Positions 11,429 through 22,849 are shown, counted from the stretch's first letter. The stretch: DNA of 64,000 bases from Clostridia bacterium (GCA_900759475.1 CAAEVK010000012.1:75938-139937), one strand, 5' to 3'. A program made the numbers and translations. Notes: a model not told the origin generated them from the letters alone.

Positions 11429-14400
11429 TTATATATCTAAAATTTTAACTCTATTTTTTCCAACAATCTCTTCTAATTCTTCTAAAGTTTCGTTATTTAT
11501 TTTTATTCCACCAGCAGGTTTTAAATCTTGTCCACTTTTTATTTGAATAGCAATATTATTCTTTTCTCCTGAAAAAAATTTTATAAAGCCTCTTAATCTG
11601 TCTTTTGTTTCTTCTGTTAAATCTGTTATATTAATATGTAATATTTTTTTTGTTTGTTTTGTAAATTCAGTAATGTTATTTGCAACTATTTTAGGTTCAT
11701 CATCTTCTCTAATAGATAATCTTCCTTCTACTTTTACAATTGCATCTTCTATTAAAATTTCATTTGTCCTTTGATAGCAACTATCAAACACAATAATTTC
11801 ACATCCACCATACAAGTCCTCTATTCCTATAAATGCCATAATAGTATTATTTTTTGTATATTTCTTTTTTACAGAATTAATAATTCCAATATAGGTTACA
11901 TTCTGCCCATCTTTTAAATTTTCTTCTTCTATATGATGCATTTGTAAAGATGTGATATTAGCAGAAGATAATATAGACTCTCTTAAAGGTTCTAGTGGAT
12001 GTCCAGATATGTAAATTCCTAACATTTCTTTTTCCATAAAAAGTAATTCTTTTGTTGGGAATTCTGGTTCAGTTTTATAACAATATTTTATTTCCTCTAT
12101 GTTTGATTGGGCATTATCCAATTCAAACATACTTACCTGTCCTTTTAGACTTTTTTTCTCGAAATTAATAATTGTGTCTATAATTGTTTCAAAAGATTTC
12201 ATCAAGGTAGCTCTTGTTTGCTCAAATTGGTCAAAGCACCCCGCTTTAATTAATGATTCTATACATTTTTTATTAACCGCTTCTCCATTTATTCTTTCAC
12301 AAAAATCTGTAAAACTATGGTATTTTCCATTTTTTTCTCTTTCTAGAACAATAGCATCTACTGCTGCAATTCCAACATTTTTAATACTACCTAATCCAAA
12401 TCTAATTTTATTGTTACTTACAGTAAATTTAGTAGCACTTTGATTAATATCTGGCTTTAGTATTTCAATTCCTAATTTTTTACATTCGTCAATATATTCT
12501 GGTACTTTGTCTAAATTGCCTAAAAAACTATTTAATGTTGCTGCCATAAATTCTTCTGGATAATAGGATTTTAAGTAAGCTGTTTGGTAAGAAACAACTG
12601 CATATGCTGCTGCATGAGATTTATTAAATGCATATTTTGCAAATTCTGCCATTTCATCAAATATTTTATTGGCAGATGCTTCATCAATTCCATTTCTAAT
12701 GCAACCTGGAATAATAATGTTTCCATTTTCATCGGTTTGTCCATGGATAAAATATTCTCTTTCTTTAGCCATAATATCTAACTTTTTCTTTCCCATAGCT
12801 CTTCTTACTAAATCTGCACGTCCTAAAGAATATCCTGCTAATTCTCTTACAATCTGCATAACTTGTTCTTGGTATACCATGCAACCATAAGTAACATGCA
12901 AAATGGGTTCTAATGCTGGATGTGTATATTCAATATTATCTGGATGTAATTTATTTCTAATATATCTAGGGATTTGATCCATGGGACCTGGACGATATAA
13001 AGATACCCCTGCAATAATGTCTTCCAAACAATCTGGTTTTAGTTCTTTCATAAAGTTTGTCATTCCTTGACTTTCGAATTGAAAAATACCAGAAGAATCA
13101 CCATTTGCCCATAATTTGTATACTTTAGAATCATTCATGTCTTTGTCAAATTCAACATGAATTCCTCTATTTTCTTTTACTAATTTTTTAGCATCTGCAA
13201 TAACAGTTAAAGTTCTTAGCCCTAAAAAGTCCATTTTTAATAGCCCGTAATTCTTCTAATGTGGTCATAATAAATTGAGTTGATATGTTTCCATCTCTTA
13301 CATATAAAGGAACATAGTCTACAACAGGATCTTTTGTAATAACAACTCCACAAGCATGCGTAGATGCCTGCCTAGGAAGCCCCTCTAAAGCAATTGCAAT
13401 ATTTAATAAGTTTCTAATATTTTCATCATCTTCATAAAGTTCTTTTAATTCTATATTTTGCTCCATTGCTTTTTTTATAGTAATGTGTAGCTCATTTGGT
13501 ATCATTTTTGCTAATTTATCTGCTTCTGCATATGGAAAGTCTAATGTTCTTGCCACATCTCTTATTACCATTCTGGCTGACATGGTTCCAAAAGTAATAA
13601 TTTGTGAAACATGATCTTTTCCATATTTTCTAGCCACATAATCTAATACTTCTTGCCTTCGTTCATAACAAAAATCTACATCAAAGTCTGGCATGCTAAT
13701 TCTTTCCGGATTTAAAAATCTTTCAAAAAGCAAATTATATTTAATAGGGTCTATGTCTGTAATTTCAATGGCATAAGCAACAATTGAACCAGCACCAGAA
13801 CCACGTCCTGGACCTACTGGTATTCCATTTTCTTTGGCATAATGAATAAAGTCCCATACAATTAAGAAATAGTCTACATATCCCATTTTTTGGATAACAC
13901 CCATTTCATATTCTACTCTGTCTTTTATTTCTTGAGATATATTTTCTCCATATCTTTTTTGAATTCCATCATCACACAATTTTTTAAAATAGTCATAATG
14001 AGTTGCATATTCTGCTGGCACTTCATAATTGGGCAATATTGTATGTCCAAATTCAAATTCCACATTGCACTTTTGAGCAATTTTTACTGTGTTTTCTAGT
14101 GCTTCTGGAATATTAGGTAGAAAAGCTTGTATTTCTTCTGGGCTTTTTAAATAAAAGTCATCTGTTTCAAAACGCATTCTGTCTGGATCAGACATTTTCT
14201 TTGCGGTTTGCACACAAAGTAATACCTCATGATTATAGGCATCTTCTTTCTTTAAATAGTGTGAATCGTTTGTAATAACAAGTGGTATATTTAATTTTTG
14301 ACTTAGTTGTACAAGTTTTTGATTAACAAGTGCTTGTTCTTTTAAATAATTAGCTTGTAATTCTAAATAATAGTCTTCCCCAAATAGATTTTTATGCCAT

Positions 14401-14879
14401 AAAGCAATGCGTTCTGCTTCCTCGTTGTTTTCTTTTAAAAGAGCAGTTGCTAAACTTCCTCCTAGACAAGCACTGCAGCAAATTAATCCTTCATGGTATT
14501 TTTCTAAAATTTCTAAATCTATACGTGGTTTGTAATAAAACCCTTCTGTAAAACCAAGTGATACTAATTTACTTAAATTTTTATATCCTTCATTGTTTTT
14601 TGCTAATAGTATTAAATGATAGTACTGATTGTCTAGCTTTGGATCTTTATCGAACCTTGTACGTGGTGCAACATAAACTTCGCAACCAATAATTGGCTTA
14701 ATTCCTTCCTTTTTACAAGCTTTATAAAAATCAATTACTCCATACATAACACCATGGTCTGTCAGTGCAATTGCATTCATTCCTAATTCCTTTGCTCTTA
14801 CTGGTAAATCTTTTATACGATTTGCCCCATCTAATAAGCTATATTCACTGTGAACGTGTAAATGTACAAAATTTGGCAT
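11429..14879 (-). CDS. dnaE: DNA polymerase III alpha subunit (DnaE type), frame broken by one extra C (13247)
   Basis: PHP domain at the N-terminus (HLHVHSEYSLLDG) and pol III core motifs. The 563-aa and 601-aa ORFs abut. TTA-C-GGG reads L R A. Without the C it reads EELGLLKMDFLGLRTLTVI, giving 1149 aa. Confidence 0.85.
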
Positions 14880-15084
14880 ATTTTTCTCCTTAACAAACTT
14901 TTGTTTTATTTTATTACAAGATATAACTAAAAGTCAAGTTTATTTTCTATTTTTTGTTGAAAAAATAGTTAGTAGTAATTTTTTTCTATTAACTAAACCA
15001 TTATCTAATACCAAAAAAGTATTATTAACTAGTTGCAAATTGGTAATTTTTATAGTAAACTATTGGCTATAAGGAGATGTTAGT

Positions 15085-16362
15085 ATGATTGATATTAAAT
15101 TAATTAGAGAAAATCCCGAATTGGTAAAAGAAAATATAAAAAAGAAATTTCAAGATAATAAACTTTGTTTGGTAGATGAAGTACTCGCTTTAGACAAAGA
15201 AAATAGAAATGTAAAAGCATATGGCGATGAGCTTAGAATGAACCGAAACTCCCTTAGTTCTACTATTGGTAATTTAATGCGTGAAGGAAAAAAGCAAGAA
15301 GCTGAAGATATTAAAATAAAGGTAAATGAAATTAATTTAAAATTAATAGAAAATGAAAAACAAGAGGTTGAATTATCAGAAAAAATTAAGCAAATTATGA
15401 TGAAAATCCCAAATATTCTTCATGAATCTGTTCCAATTGGTAAAGACGACTCTGAAAATGTAGAAGTTCAAAAATATGGAGACCCCTTGGTTCCAGAATA
15501 TGAAATTCCTTATCATACAGAAATAATGGAAAAGTTATCTGGTATTGATTTAGATTCTGCTCGTAGAGTTGCTGGGAATGGTTTTTATTATTTAATGGGA
15601 AATATAGCTAGACTTCACTCTGCTGTTATTTCTTATGCAAGAGATTTTATGATTCAAAAGGGCTTTATTTATTGTATTCCCCCTTTTATGATACGTTCTG
15701 ATGTTGTTACAGGTGTTATGAGTTTTGAAGAAATGGATGCCATGATGTATAAAATTGAAGGAGAGGACTTATACTTAATTGGTACTAGCGAACATTCTAT
15801 GATTGGTAAATTTAAAGACCAATTATTGCAAAAAAAAGACCTTCCTTATACTATGACTTCTTATTCTCCTTGTTTTAGAAAAGAAAAAGGTGCTCACGGT
15901 ATTGAAGAACGTGGTGTTTACCGTATTCACCAATTTGAAAAACAGGAAATGATTGTTGTATGTGAACCTCAAGACAGTTATACTTGGTATGACAAAATGT
16001 GGTCATATACAGTTGAGTTATTTAGAAGTTTAGATATTCCTGTTAGAACACTAGAATGTTGTAGTGGTGATTTAGCTGACTTGAAATCTAAAAGTGTAGA
16101 TGTAGAAGCTTGGAGTCCTCGTCAAAAGAAATATTTTGAAGTTGGAAGCTGTTCTAATTTAACAGATGCACAAAGTAGACGTCTTGGTATTCGTATTAAA
16201 AGTGAAAAAGGAAATTATTATGCTCATACGTTAAATAATACAGTTATTGCACCTCCTCGTATGTTAATAGCATTTTTAGAAAATAATTATAATGAAGATG
16301 GTAGTGTTCGTATTCCTGAAGTATTAAGACCTTATATGGGTGGACAAGCAATCATTAAATAA
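15085..16362 (+). CDS. serS: serine--tRNA ligase
   Basis: 425 aa. N-terminal coiled coil and class II core motifs. Confidence 0.9.
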   Translation: MIDIKLIRENPELVKENIKKKFQDNKLCLVDEVLALDKENRNVKAYGDELRMNRNSLSSTIGNLMREGKKQEAEDIKIKVNEINLKLIENEKQEVELSEKIKQIMMKIPNILHESVPIGKDDSENVEVQKYGDPLVPEYEIPYHTEIMEKLSGIDLDSARRVAGNGFYYLMGNIARLHSAVISYARDFMIQKGFIYCIPPFMIRSDVVTGVMSFEEMDAMMYKIEGEDLYLIGTSEHSMIGKFKDQLLQKKDLPYTMTSYSPCFRKEKGAHGIEERGVYRIHQFEKQEMIVVCEPQDSYTWYDKMWSYTVELFRSLDIPVRTLECCSGDLADLKSKSVDVEAWSPRQKKYFEVGSCSNLTDAQSRRLGIRIKSEKGNYYAHTLNNTVIAPPRMLIAFLENNYNEDGSVRIPEVLRPYMGGQAIIK

Positions 16363-16401
16363 CACATATTTTTTTATTTATAGGGACAGGAGGTAACTTA
16401 T

Positions 16402-16984
16402 ATGCTAATTAAAAATCCACAATTTGAAATTTCAGCAGTAAGTCCTAAACAATATCCTATTGGAAATTTACCTGAAATTGTTTTAGTTGGGAAGTCTAAT
16501 GTTGGAAAATCCTCTTTTATTAACACTCTTATTAATCGAAAAAATCTAGCTAGAACCAGTAGCCAACCACGGAAAAACTCGTCAAATTAATTTTTATAAT
16601 ATGGACAATCAATTTTATTTTGTAGATTTGCCTGGTTATGGATATAGCAAAATGTCAAAAGAAGAGCAAATTAAATGTGGAAAATTTATTGAAGAATATT
16701 TGGAAATGCGACAAAATATTGCTTTAATTATTCTAGTATTAGACATTCGCCACACGCCTACAGTAAATGATAAAATAATGTATGATTATCTTATCCGTAC
16801 TGGTAGACCATTGATTGCAGTTACCAATAAGGCTGATAAAATTGCAATTACCAAAGTAGAAGAACAGGTTTCTCAAATTGCTCATTTTTTAAATCCCATG
16901 CATGATATTAGTTTTTATCCATTTTCTAGTGAAAGAAAAATTTATACAGATAATGTTTGGAATAAAATAGAAGAATATGTTTAA
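16402..16984 (+). CDS. engB: ribosome biogenesis GTPase EngB/YsxC, frame broken by one extra C (16570)
   Basis: G1 motif [16 protein letters not shown] reads P R K. Without the C it reads [13 protein letters not shown]...[11 protein letters not shown] (G3), giving 193 aa. Confidence 0.8.
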
Positions 16985-17012
16985 AAAAGGAGGGCAACAG
17001 CCCTCCTTTTTT
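16983..17012. terminator. bidirectional terminator
   Basis: aaaaaaggagggcaacagccctcctttttt. Confidence 0.7.
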
Positions 17013-17223
17013 AAGCATACATACTTCTGGGAATTTTGAAGCAGCGATACTTTAATTGGCTAAAGCCAAAACCACTGGTAATTTCTTTGGCTTTACCTTC
17101 CATCTTTGATATTGCCATTATGTTATCCCTCTGGATAATAACCAGTTCATCGTCAAGCGATATGGTAGCCACTCCTGTTTTGCCCAACTTTTGGAATACC
17201 TTGTTCGCTTGTTCCATTGTCAT
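17011..17223 (-). CDS. small protein of unknown function (70 aa) expressed from a consensus promoter
   Basis: RBS gggagtgag, ATG at 17223. A TTGACA-N17-TATAAT promoter lies at 17305-17277 on the minus strand. Confidence 0.45.
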   Translation of the reverse strand: MTMEQANKVFQKLGKTGVATISLDDELVIIQRDNIMAISKMEGKAKEITSGFGFSQLKYRCFKIPRSMYA

Positions 17224-17276
17224 GTTTTTCTCACTCCCAGATTTTATTTTTTACGCCATTGGCGTATATCAATTTT

Positions 17277-17305
17277 ATTATACTCTTTTTATATCTTTAT
17301 GTCAA
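17277..17305 (-). promoter_or_regulatory. consensus sigma-A promoter (TTGACA-N17-TATAAT) for the 70-aa gene
   Basis: Read directly from the sequence. Confidence 0.55.
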
Positions 17306-17317
17306 ATTTCATCACTC

Positions 17318-17372
17318 TTGACTTTATGTACTATTTGTACTATAATTGTATGAGTGGTTCCTTTAAAGGAAC
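17318..17372 (+). promoter_or_regulatory. sigma-A promoter (TTGACT-N17-TATAAT, 17318-17346) followed by a perfect 16-bp palindrome (GTTCCTTTAAAGGAAC, 17357-17372)
   Basis: Divergent from the promoter above. The two -35 elements are 12 bp apart. Confidence 0.55.
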
Positions 17373-17397
17373 ATAACATTGCAGGAGATTGGTATTC

Positions 17398-17628
17398 ATG
17401 ACTCAAGAAAAACAGTTTGGACGTTTCTTGTTTCCTTCCATGAAAGCAGCATGTCTCTTTTTAAAGGATATTGAAGATGTGTTCGCTTCTGGTGTTGCCA
17501 GTATGGTAGGAGCTCAAATTGACGAAGATTATACCGGTATGTTGGAAAATGGAGGCGTTGTTGTTCGGACATTAACTGCACGTGCTTATAAGCTTGCAAA
17601 CCGTGTAGCAACACGGATTGATGATTAG
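17398..17628 (+). CDS. small GC-rich ORF (76 aa) of unknown function with atypical codon usage
   Basis: RBS aggaga, an ATG, a clean terminator, and about 45% GC against a background of about 27%. Contains in-frame CGG, CGT and ACC GGT codons that are rare elsewhere. It could alternatively be a structured RNA. Confidence 0.4.
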   Translation: MTQEKQFGRFLFPSMKAACLFLKDIEDVFASGVASMVGAQIDEDYTGMLENGGVVVRTLTARAYKLANRVATRIDD

Positions 17629-17637
17629 CCACCTCAA

Positions 17638-17674
17638 AGAGACACCCTGTTATCAGGGTGTCTCCACTTTTTTA
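17638..17674. terminator. rho-independent terminator
   Basis: gagacaccctg ttatc cagggtgtctc followed by TTTTTT. Confidence 0.7.
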
Positions 17675-17835
17675 GTAATTACTTTTAATGCTTTTGGTCT
17701 TGGTAATATTACTTCATGACCACAGCCTTGGCATTTTAATTTAAAATCTACTCCTACTCTAGTAATTTGCCAAAGTTGACTTCCACAAGGATGCTTTTTT
17801 TTAGTTTTTACAATATCCCCTATTTCATATCCCAT
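17653..17835 (-). CDS. DUF951 family small protein
   Basis: 60 aa. Conserved GDIV..KK.HPCG...W.I.R.G.D..L.C..CG pattern. Confidence 0.7.
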   Translation of the reverse strand: MGYEIGDIVKTKKKHPCGSQLWQITRVGVDFKLKCQGCGHEVILPRPKALKVITKKVETP

Positions 17836-17851
17836 ATTTTTCTCCTTGTTT

Positions 17852-19504
17852 TTATTGGACTATTTCTTGTATTCTTTTTTCAATAATATCTTTTCCTAAT
17901 ACCTGCATTATTTCGTATAAATCTGGTGTATTTGATTTACTTGTTAATGCTACTCTTAATACTGTACTAATATCACCTACATGTCCTTTATATAACTCTG
18001 GATTTTGTTTATATTCTTTTACTTCTCTTGCATAACCATATTCTTGGCTTAAATCTTTAATTTTATCAAACCATTGTTGTTTGTCATCTGTTTGTTGATA
18101 ATACTTGGTTATATATTTTTGTAAAATTTCCTTTATTTCTTTTAAATTTGTAATTTTTTGGAATTCATAATCTTCTTTATTTGGATGATATAGTTCTTGG
18201 TACATGTAAAAAATATTTTCTTGAAGTTCTGACCATTTTGCAATATCTTTTCTTGGTTTAATATTTCCTCTTTCAATGCTCAATACTTTTTTTGCATAAT
18301 CCGGATTTTTTTCTAATATTGCTTGTAATTCATGATTATATTCTTTTGCCCAAGCTAAAGCTTCTTCATAAACTTGCTCTGCTGTATATTTTGAAATAAC
18401 ATTTTTAGATATATCTAATAATTTTACCATATCAAACACAGCACCACTTACACTCATTTTATTTAATTCCAATTGAAATTCTGAAATATTAGCATCTTTA
18501 TTTCCTTTTCTCCAATTTTCAAAATTAGAATTTGCAATATTTAATAAATATTCTTTTACTGCCTCGTTTGGTATTCCTTCTTCATGATAATAACTAACAG
18601 CTGCTTCTGGGTCTTTTCTTTTACTAATTTTTCTTTTTGCTCCATTATCGTCCTTCATAATTGGTGAAATATGTGCATATTTTGGTTGTTTAAAGCCTAA
18701 TGTTTTAAACAATTCTATATGAAGTGGTATAGAGGATAACCACTCATCTCCACGAATTACTAAATTCGTTCCCATTAAATGGTCGTCTACAGTATGTGCA
18801 AAGTGATAAGTTGGTAATCCATCTGATTTAATAATAACAATATCTTGGTCATTTTCTGGAAAGTCTACATTTCCCTTAATTAAATCATGATGTCTTATTT
18901 TTCTATTTTCATTTCCCATTGATTTTAAACGAATAATATAGCTTTCTCCATTTTTAATTTTCTCAATTGCTTGCTCCGCAGGTAAATTTCTATATTTAGC
19001 CCATATTCCATAACATCCTGGTCTTATTTTTAAGCTTTCTTGCTTTTTTCTCATTTCCTCTAATTCTGCTGGTGTTAAAAAGCATGGGTATGCAAACCCT
19101 TTTTCAATTAAATCTTTGGCATAACTTTGATAAATTTCTTTTCTTAAAGATTGCTTATATGGTCCATATTCTCCTTTTTCGTTTTGATCATCTAACATTC
19201 CTTCGTCAAAAGAAATATCAAAATTATTTAAGGAATTAATAATTTCGCTAACTCCACCTGCTATTTCTCTTTTTTGATCTGTATCTTCTATTCTTAAAAA
19301 AAATATTCCTTTTGTTTGTTTTGCCATTTTATTAGAAATAAGTGCTTGATATAAACTTCCTATATGAATAAATCCTGTTGGACTTGGTGCAAATCTTGTT
19401 ACAATTGCTCCTTCTGGTAAATTTCTTTTTGGATATTTTTCCTCATAATAAGAAATTGGCTTTACTGTAGGGAATATTAAATTTGCTAATTCTATTGTAC
19501 TCAT
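17852..19504 (-). CDS. gltX: glutamate--tRNA ligase (class I, GluRS/GlnRS family)
   Basis: 550 aa. HIGH-type motif PSPTGFIHIGSL and a KMSKS-like KISKRK. Confidence 0.75.
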   Translation of the reverse strand: MSTIELANLIFPTVKPISYYEEKYPKRNLPEGAIVTRFAPSPTGFIHIGSLYQALISNKMAKQTKGIFFLRIEDTDQKREIAGGVSEIINSLNNFDISFDEGMLDDQNEKGEYGPYKQSLRKEIYQSYAKDLIEKGFAYPCFLTPAELEEMRKKQESLKIRPGCYGIWAKYRNLPAEQAIEKIKNGESYIIRLKSMGNENRKIRHHDLIKGNVDFPENDQDIVIIKSDGLPTYHFAHTVDDHLMGTNLVIRGDEWLSSIPLHIELFKTLGFKQPKYAHISPIMKDDNGAKRKISKRKDPEAAVSYYHEEGIPNEAVKEYLLNIANSNFENWRKGNKDANISEFQLELNKMSVSGAVFDMVKLLDISKNVISKYTAEQVYEEALAWAKEYNHELQAILEKNPDYAKKVLSIERGNIKPRKDIAKWSELQENIFYMYQELYHPNKEDYEFQKITNLKEIKEILQKYITKYYQQTDDKQQWFDKIKDLSQEYGYAREVKEYKQNPELYKGHVGDISTVLRVALTSKSNTPDLYEIMQVLGKDIIEKRIQEIVQ

Positions 19505-19517
19505 ACTAATCTCCTTT

Positions 19518-21305
19518 TTAAACTTCCATTATAATTGGTAAAATCATTGGGTTACGCTTTGTTTTTTGATATACGTAATCTCTTAAATTGTCTTTTAAAG
19601 CACTTTTAATTGTTAACCAATCTTTAATATGTTTATCTTCACATTTTCTAATTTCTTCTTTTACTACTCTTTTTACGTCTTCCATTAAATTTTCTGATTC
19701 TTTTACATAAACAAATCCTCTTGATATAACATCTGGTCCTGATACAACCTCTCCTGTTGAAGAATCCATTGTTAAAACTACAATGATTAATCCATCTTGT
19801 GATAAATGTTGCCTATCTCTTAGTACAATATTTCCAACATCTCCTACACCTAATCCGTCTACCATAATTCTTCCAAAAGGAACTGTTCCTGTTAGTTTAG
19901 CTGAATCTGGCATTAGTTCTAGTATTCTTCCATTTGTCATTAAAAATATATTTTGTGCATCTATACCAATTTTTTGAGCAGTATGTGCATGTGCTATTAA
20001 TTGTCTATATTCTCCATGAACTGGAATAAAATATTTTGGTCTTACTAAAGATAACATTAATTTTTGTTCTTCTTGGCAGGCATGTCCTGAAACGTGGATA
20101 TCTGCTAATGAACTATATACTACTTCTGCACCAATTTTCATTAAATCATCAATTACTTTTGATACTAATTTTTCATTTCCAGGAATTGGATTAGCAGATA
20201 TAATAATTAAATCATTAGATGTTATTTCTACTTTTTTATGATCACCTGCTGCCATTCTAGTTAAGGCAGACATTGGCTCTCCTTGACTGCCTGTAGTAAT
20301 AATTACTAATTGCTCGTCTGTATAGTTTTTAATCATATCAATGTCAATAAATACATTGTCTGGAACATTAATATAGCCTAACTCTTTTGCTGTTTCAATC
20401 ATATTAATCATGCTTCTTCCACAAACAGCAATTTTTCGTTTATTCTCTACAGCTGCATTTACAATTTGTTGTACTCTATGTACATTAGAAGCAAATGTCG
20501 CTACAACAATTCTTTTAGTACAATTTAAGAACAGTTTATCTAATACTTCTCCTACGGTTCTTTCTGACATAGTATATCCTTTTCTTTCTGCATTTGTACT
20601 GTCAGATAATAATGCCAATACTCCTTTATTTCCTAGCTCTGCTAATCTTCCAAAATTCATAATTTCCCCATCAATTGGTGTATAATCCACTTTAAAGTCT
20701 CCTGTATGAATTATAGTTCCAATTGGAGTATGAATTCCCAAAATTACAGAATCTGGAATACTGTGAGAACTTCTTATAAATTCTACTCTAAATTTTCCTA
20801 ATGTAATTGTTTGCCCTTTATTTACTTCTTTTAATCTTGTTTTTCTTAATAGTCCATGTTCCTCTAATTTATTTTTAATTAAACCAACTGTTAATTTTGT
20901 TGCATAAATTGGTACATTAATTTGTTTTAAAAAATATGGTATAGAACCTATATGGTCTTCATGACCATGTGTAATAATCATTCCTTTAATTTTTTCTTTA
21001 TTTTTTTCTAAATACATAATGTCTGGTATTACTAAATCAATTCCTAACATATCGTCTTCTGGGAAAGCTAATCCACAATCTACAATAATTATTTGATCTT
21101 CATACTCAAATACTGTCATGTTTTTTCCAATTTCTAATAATCCCCCTAAGGGAATAATTTTTAGTGGACTTTTTTTAAATTCGACTTCTCTCTGTTCTGG
21201 ATTTACTATTTTTTTTCCATTGGTACGATTATATGGTTTATAATTTCTTTTTTTGGGTTTTTGAATAGTCTGTATACTATCCTGTTGTGTATTTTCTGTT
21301 TGCAT
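19518..21305 (-). CDS. rnj: ribonuclease J (metallo-beta-lactamase / beta-CASP)
   Basis: 595 aa. HGHEDHIG motif and a beta-CASP C-terminus. Confidence 0.9.
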   Translation of the reverse strand: MQTENTQQDSIQTIQKPKKRNYKPYNRTNGKKIVNPEQREVEFKKSPLKIIPLGGLLEIGKNMTVFEYEDQIIIVDCGLAFPEDDMLGIDLVIPDIMYLEKNKEKIKGMIITHGHEDHIGSIPYFLKQINVPIYATKLTVGLIKNKLEEHGLLRKTRLKEVNKGQTITLGKFRVEFIRSSHSIPDSVILGIHTPIGTIIHTGDFKVDYTPIDGEIMNFGRLAELGNKGVLALLSDSTNAERKGYTMSERTVGEVLDKLFLNCTKRIVVATFASNVHRVQQIVNAAVENKRKIAVCGRSMINMIETAKELGYINVPDNVFIDIDMIKNYTDEQLVIITTGSQGEPMSALTRMAAGDHKKVEITSNDLIIISANPIPGNEKLVSKVIDDLMKIGAEVVYSSLADIHVSGHACQEEQKLMLSLVRPKYFIPVHGEYRQLIAHAHTAQKIGIDAQNIFLMTNGRILELMPDSAKLTGTVPFGRIMVDGLGVGDVGNIVLRDRQHLSQDGLIIVVLTMDSSTGEVVSGPDVISRGFVYVKESENLMEDVKRVVKEEIRKCEDKHIKDWLTIKSALKDNLRDYVYQKTKRNPMILPIIMEV

Positions 21306-21745
21306 TTTTTCCTCCTTGTAAATTTAAATTCTGTTGAACCTCTTTCGTATAAAACGTATAACATAATGGTATCATTCCATTATGTTCTTTCTTTTATTGT
21401 ATAGGAAAATCCAATATTTTTCTGTATACAACAAGTTAATTTACCTCTAACTGTGCAGATACAAAGTATCGTGTACATCTGACGAAGGCACTTTTCTTAT
21501 TTAATTTTCCGTACATAACATTTGTTATTTTTTTCATAACAAAAAAATTAGTTTAATAATTAAACTAATGATTCTAAACATAATATTTCCGAACATAACT
21601 ATTTTATGCTTTTATGAACCATTTTATACAAATCTCTTATCAACTTGTTAAATTATACTACAAATTGTAAAATATGTCAAATTTGATTTTTCACTAATTA
21701 CACCCACTAACTATAAAACCTTGTTTGAATTCCATTTTAAAATTT

Positions 21746-21782
21746 AAAAGACAAATCAAAAACAAGATTTGTCTTTTTTTCT
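21746..21782. terminator. bidirectional terminator 3' of the ROK kinase gene
   Basis: aaagacaaatc aaaaacaa gatttgtcttt followed by a T-run. Confidence 0.7.
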
Positions 21783-21858
21783 ATATAATACTGTTAAATT
21801 TCCTTGTGCTTTATCAATGTGAAGCGTTGTGTGCACATTGCAAAACCACTTTTCTGAT

Positions 21859-22761
21859 TTATATTACGACAGAACCTATAATTCCTGCATCATTTTTCAT
21901 TTTGGCAAGTGTATATTTTATATCTTTTCTGTTGTTAAAAGTCCTATGGTTTTGTTGCATTTTTTCTTTTAGTCTTTCTAAAAATATTGTCTCATAATAA
22001 GTAAAACTACCACCAATACTAATAATTTCTGGCTCAAACAAATCAATTAATATTCCTAACCCTACACATAAATTTTCTAAATACTCCTCCAATATTTGAT
22101 TCGACTTTTCCGTTTGATTATTTAAAATTTCCATTAATTCTTTACTATGTGTTTCTTGTGGCAATTTGTATTCTTTTTTGATTTTCTCTTTTAGTGCTTT
22201 CATAGAAGCATAATTTTCAAAACATCCTCTTTTTCCACAAGTACATTGTCTTCCGTTTTTTTCTATTATAATATGTCCTATTTCAAAACCTGAGTATTGT
22301 TTTGGTTCTAATAAATAATTTTTTAAAAATATTGCTCCTCCAATACCCGTTCCTAGTGTTAGGAATACACTATCTTGATAATTTTTTAAGCTTCCTATGG
22401 CTTTTTCTGCCAATGCTGCACATTTTGCATCATTTCTAATCATCATTTTAGTAGAAAAATACTTTTTTAATTCTTCTACAATATGAAAATTATATATTGC
22501 TAAATTTCCCGCTCTTAAAATATATCCGTCTTTAATTGTTCCTGGACAAGCTATTCCAATTATGGAAATATTTCCTATCTCCAACTGGTTTCGTTTTAAA
22601 AGATAATTGATATATAGCTTTATTTTTTCTATTATTGTTTTAGGTAAGTCTTTTTTTTCTTCTAATGTATATGTTTCATCAATTTTATCAACAATTCCTA
22701 ATTCTTCATTAATTAGTCCAACTGCTAAATGACTTCCCCCAATATCAATTCCTATTTTCAT
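21859..22761 (-). CDS. glcK: ROK-family sugar kinase (glucokinase-like)
   Basis: 300 aa. N-terminal GIDIGGSH motif and a ROK zinc motif (CTCGKRGCFE). Confidence 0.8.
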   Translation of the reverse strand: MKIGIDIGGSHLAVGLINEELGIVDKIDETYTLEEKKDLPKTIIEKIKLYINYLLKRNQLEIGNISIIGIACPGTIKDGYILRAGNLAIYNFHIVEELKKYFSTKMMIRNDAKCAALAEKAIGSLKNYQDSVFLTLGTGIGGAIFLKNYLLEPKQYSGFEIGHIIIEKNGRQCTCGKRGCFENYASMKALKEKIKKEYKLPQETHSKELMEILNNQTEKSNQILEEYLENLCVGLGILIDLFEPEIISIGGSFTYYETIFLERLKEKMQQNHRTFNNRKDIKYTLAKMKNDAGIIGSVVI

Positions 22762-22849
22762 ACTTTTTCCTCATTTCTAAGGCAATGAATCTTTGCTACT
22801 TTTTGTTATATTTCTATACTACTGTAAATTAGTTCAACATCAATCGTTT

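Noticed and set aside
14880-15084. Possible T-box leader upstream of serS
   Set aside because: The segment is only about 200 nt, with no T-box consensus (AATTAGGGTGG...) or specifier-loop architecture visible.
17396-17632. 78-aa minus-strand ORF antisense to the GC-rich small gene
   Set aside because: Its Q/H/L/R/Y-rich composition is typical of an antisense shadow ORF. It has no RBS, and the plus-strand ORF has the promoter, RBS and terminator.
21725-21997. 90-aa plus-strand ORF in the rnj / ROK-kinase intergenic region
   Set aside because: It runs through a bidirectional terminator and into the 3' end of the ROK kinase gene on the other strand. Low-complexity hydrophobic product and no RBS.
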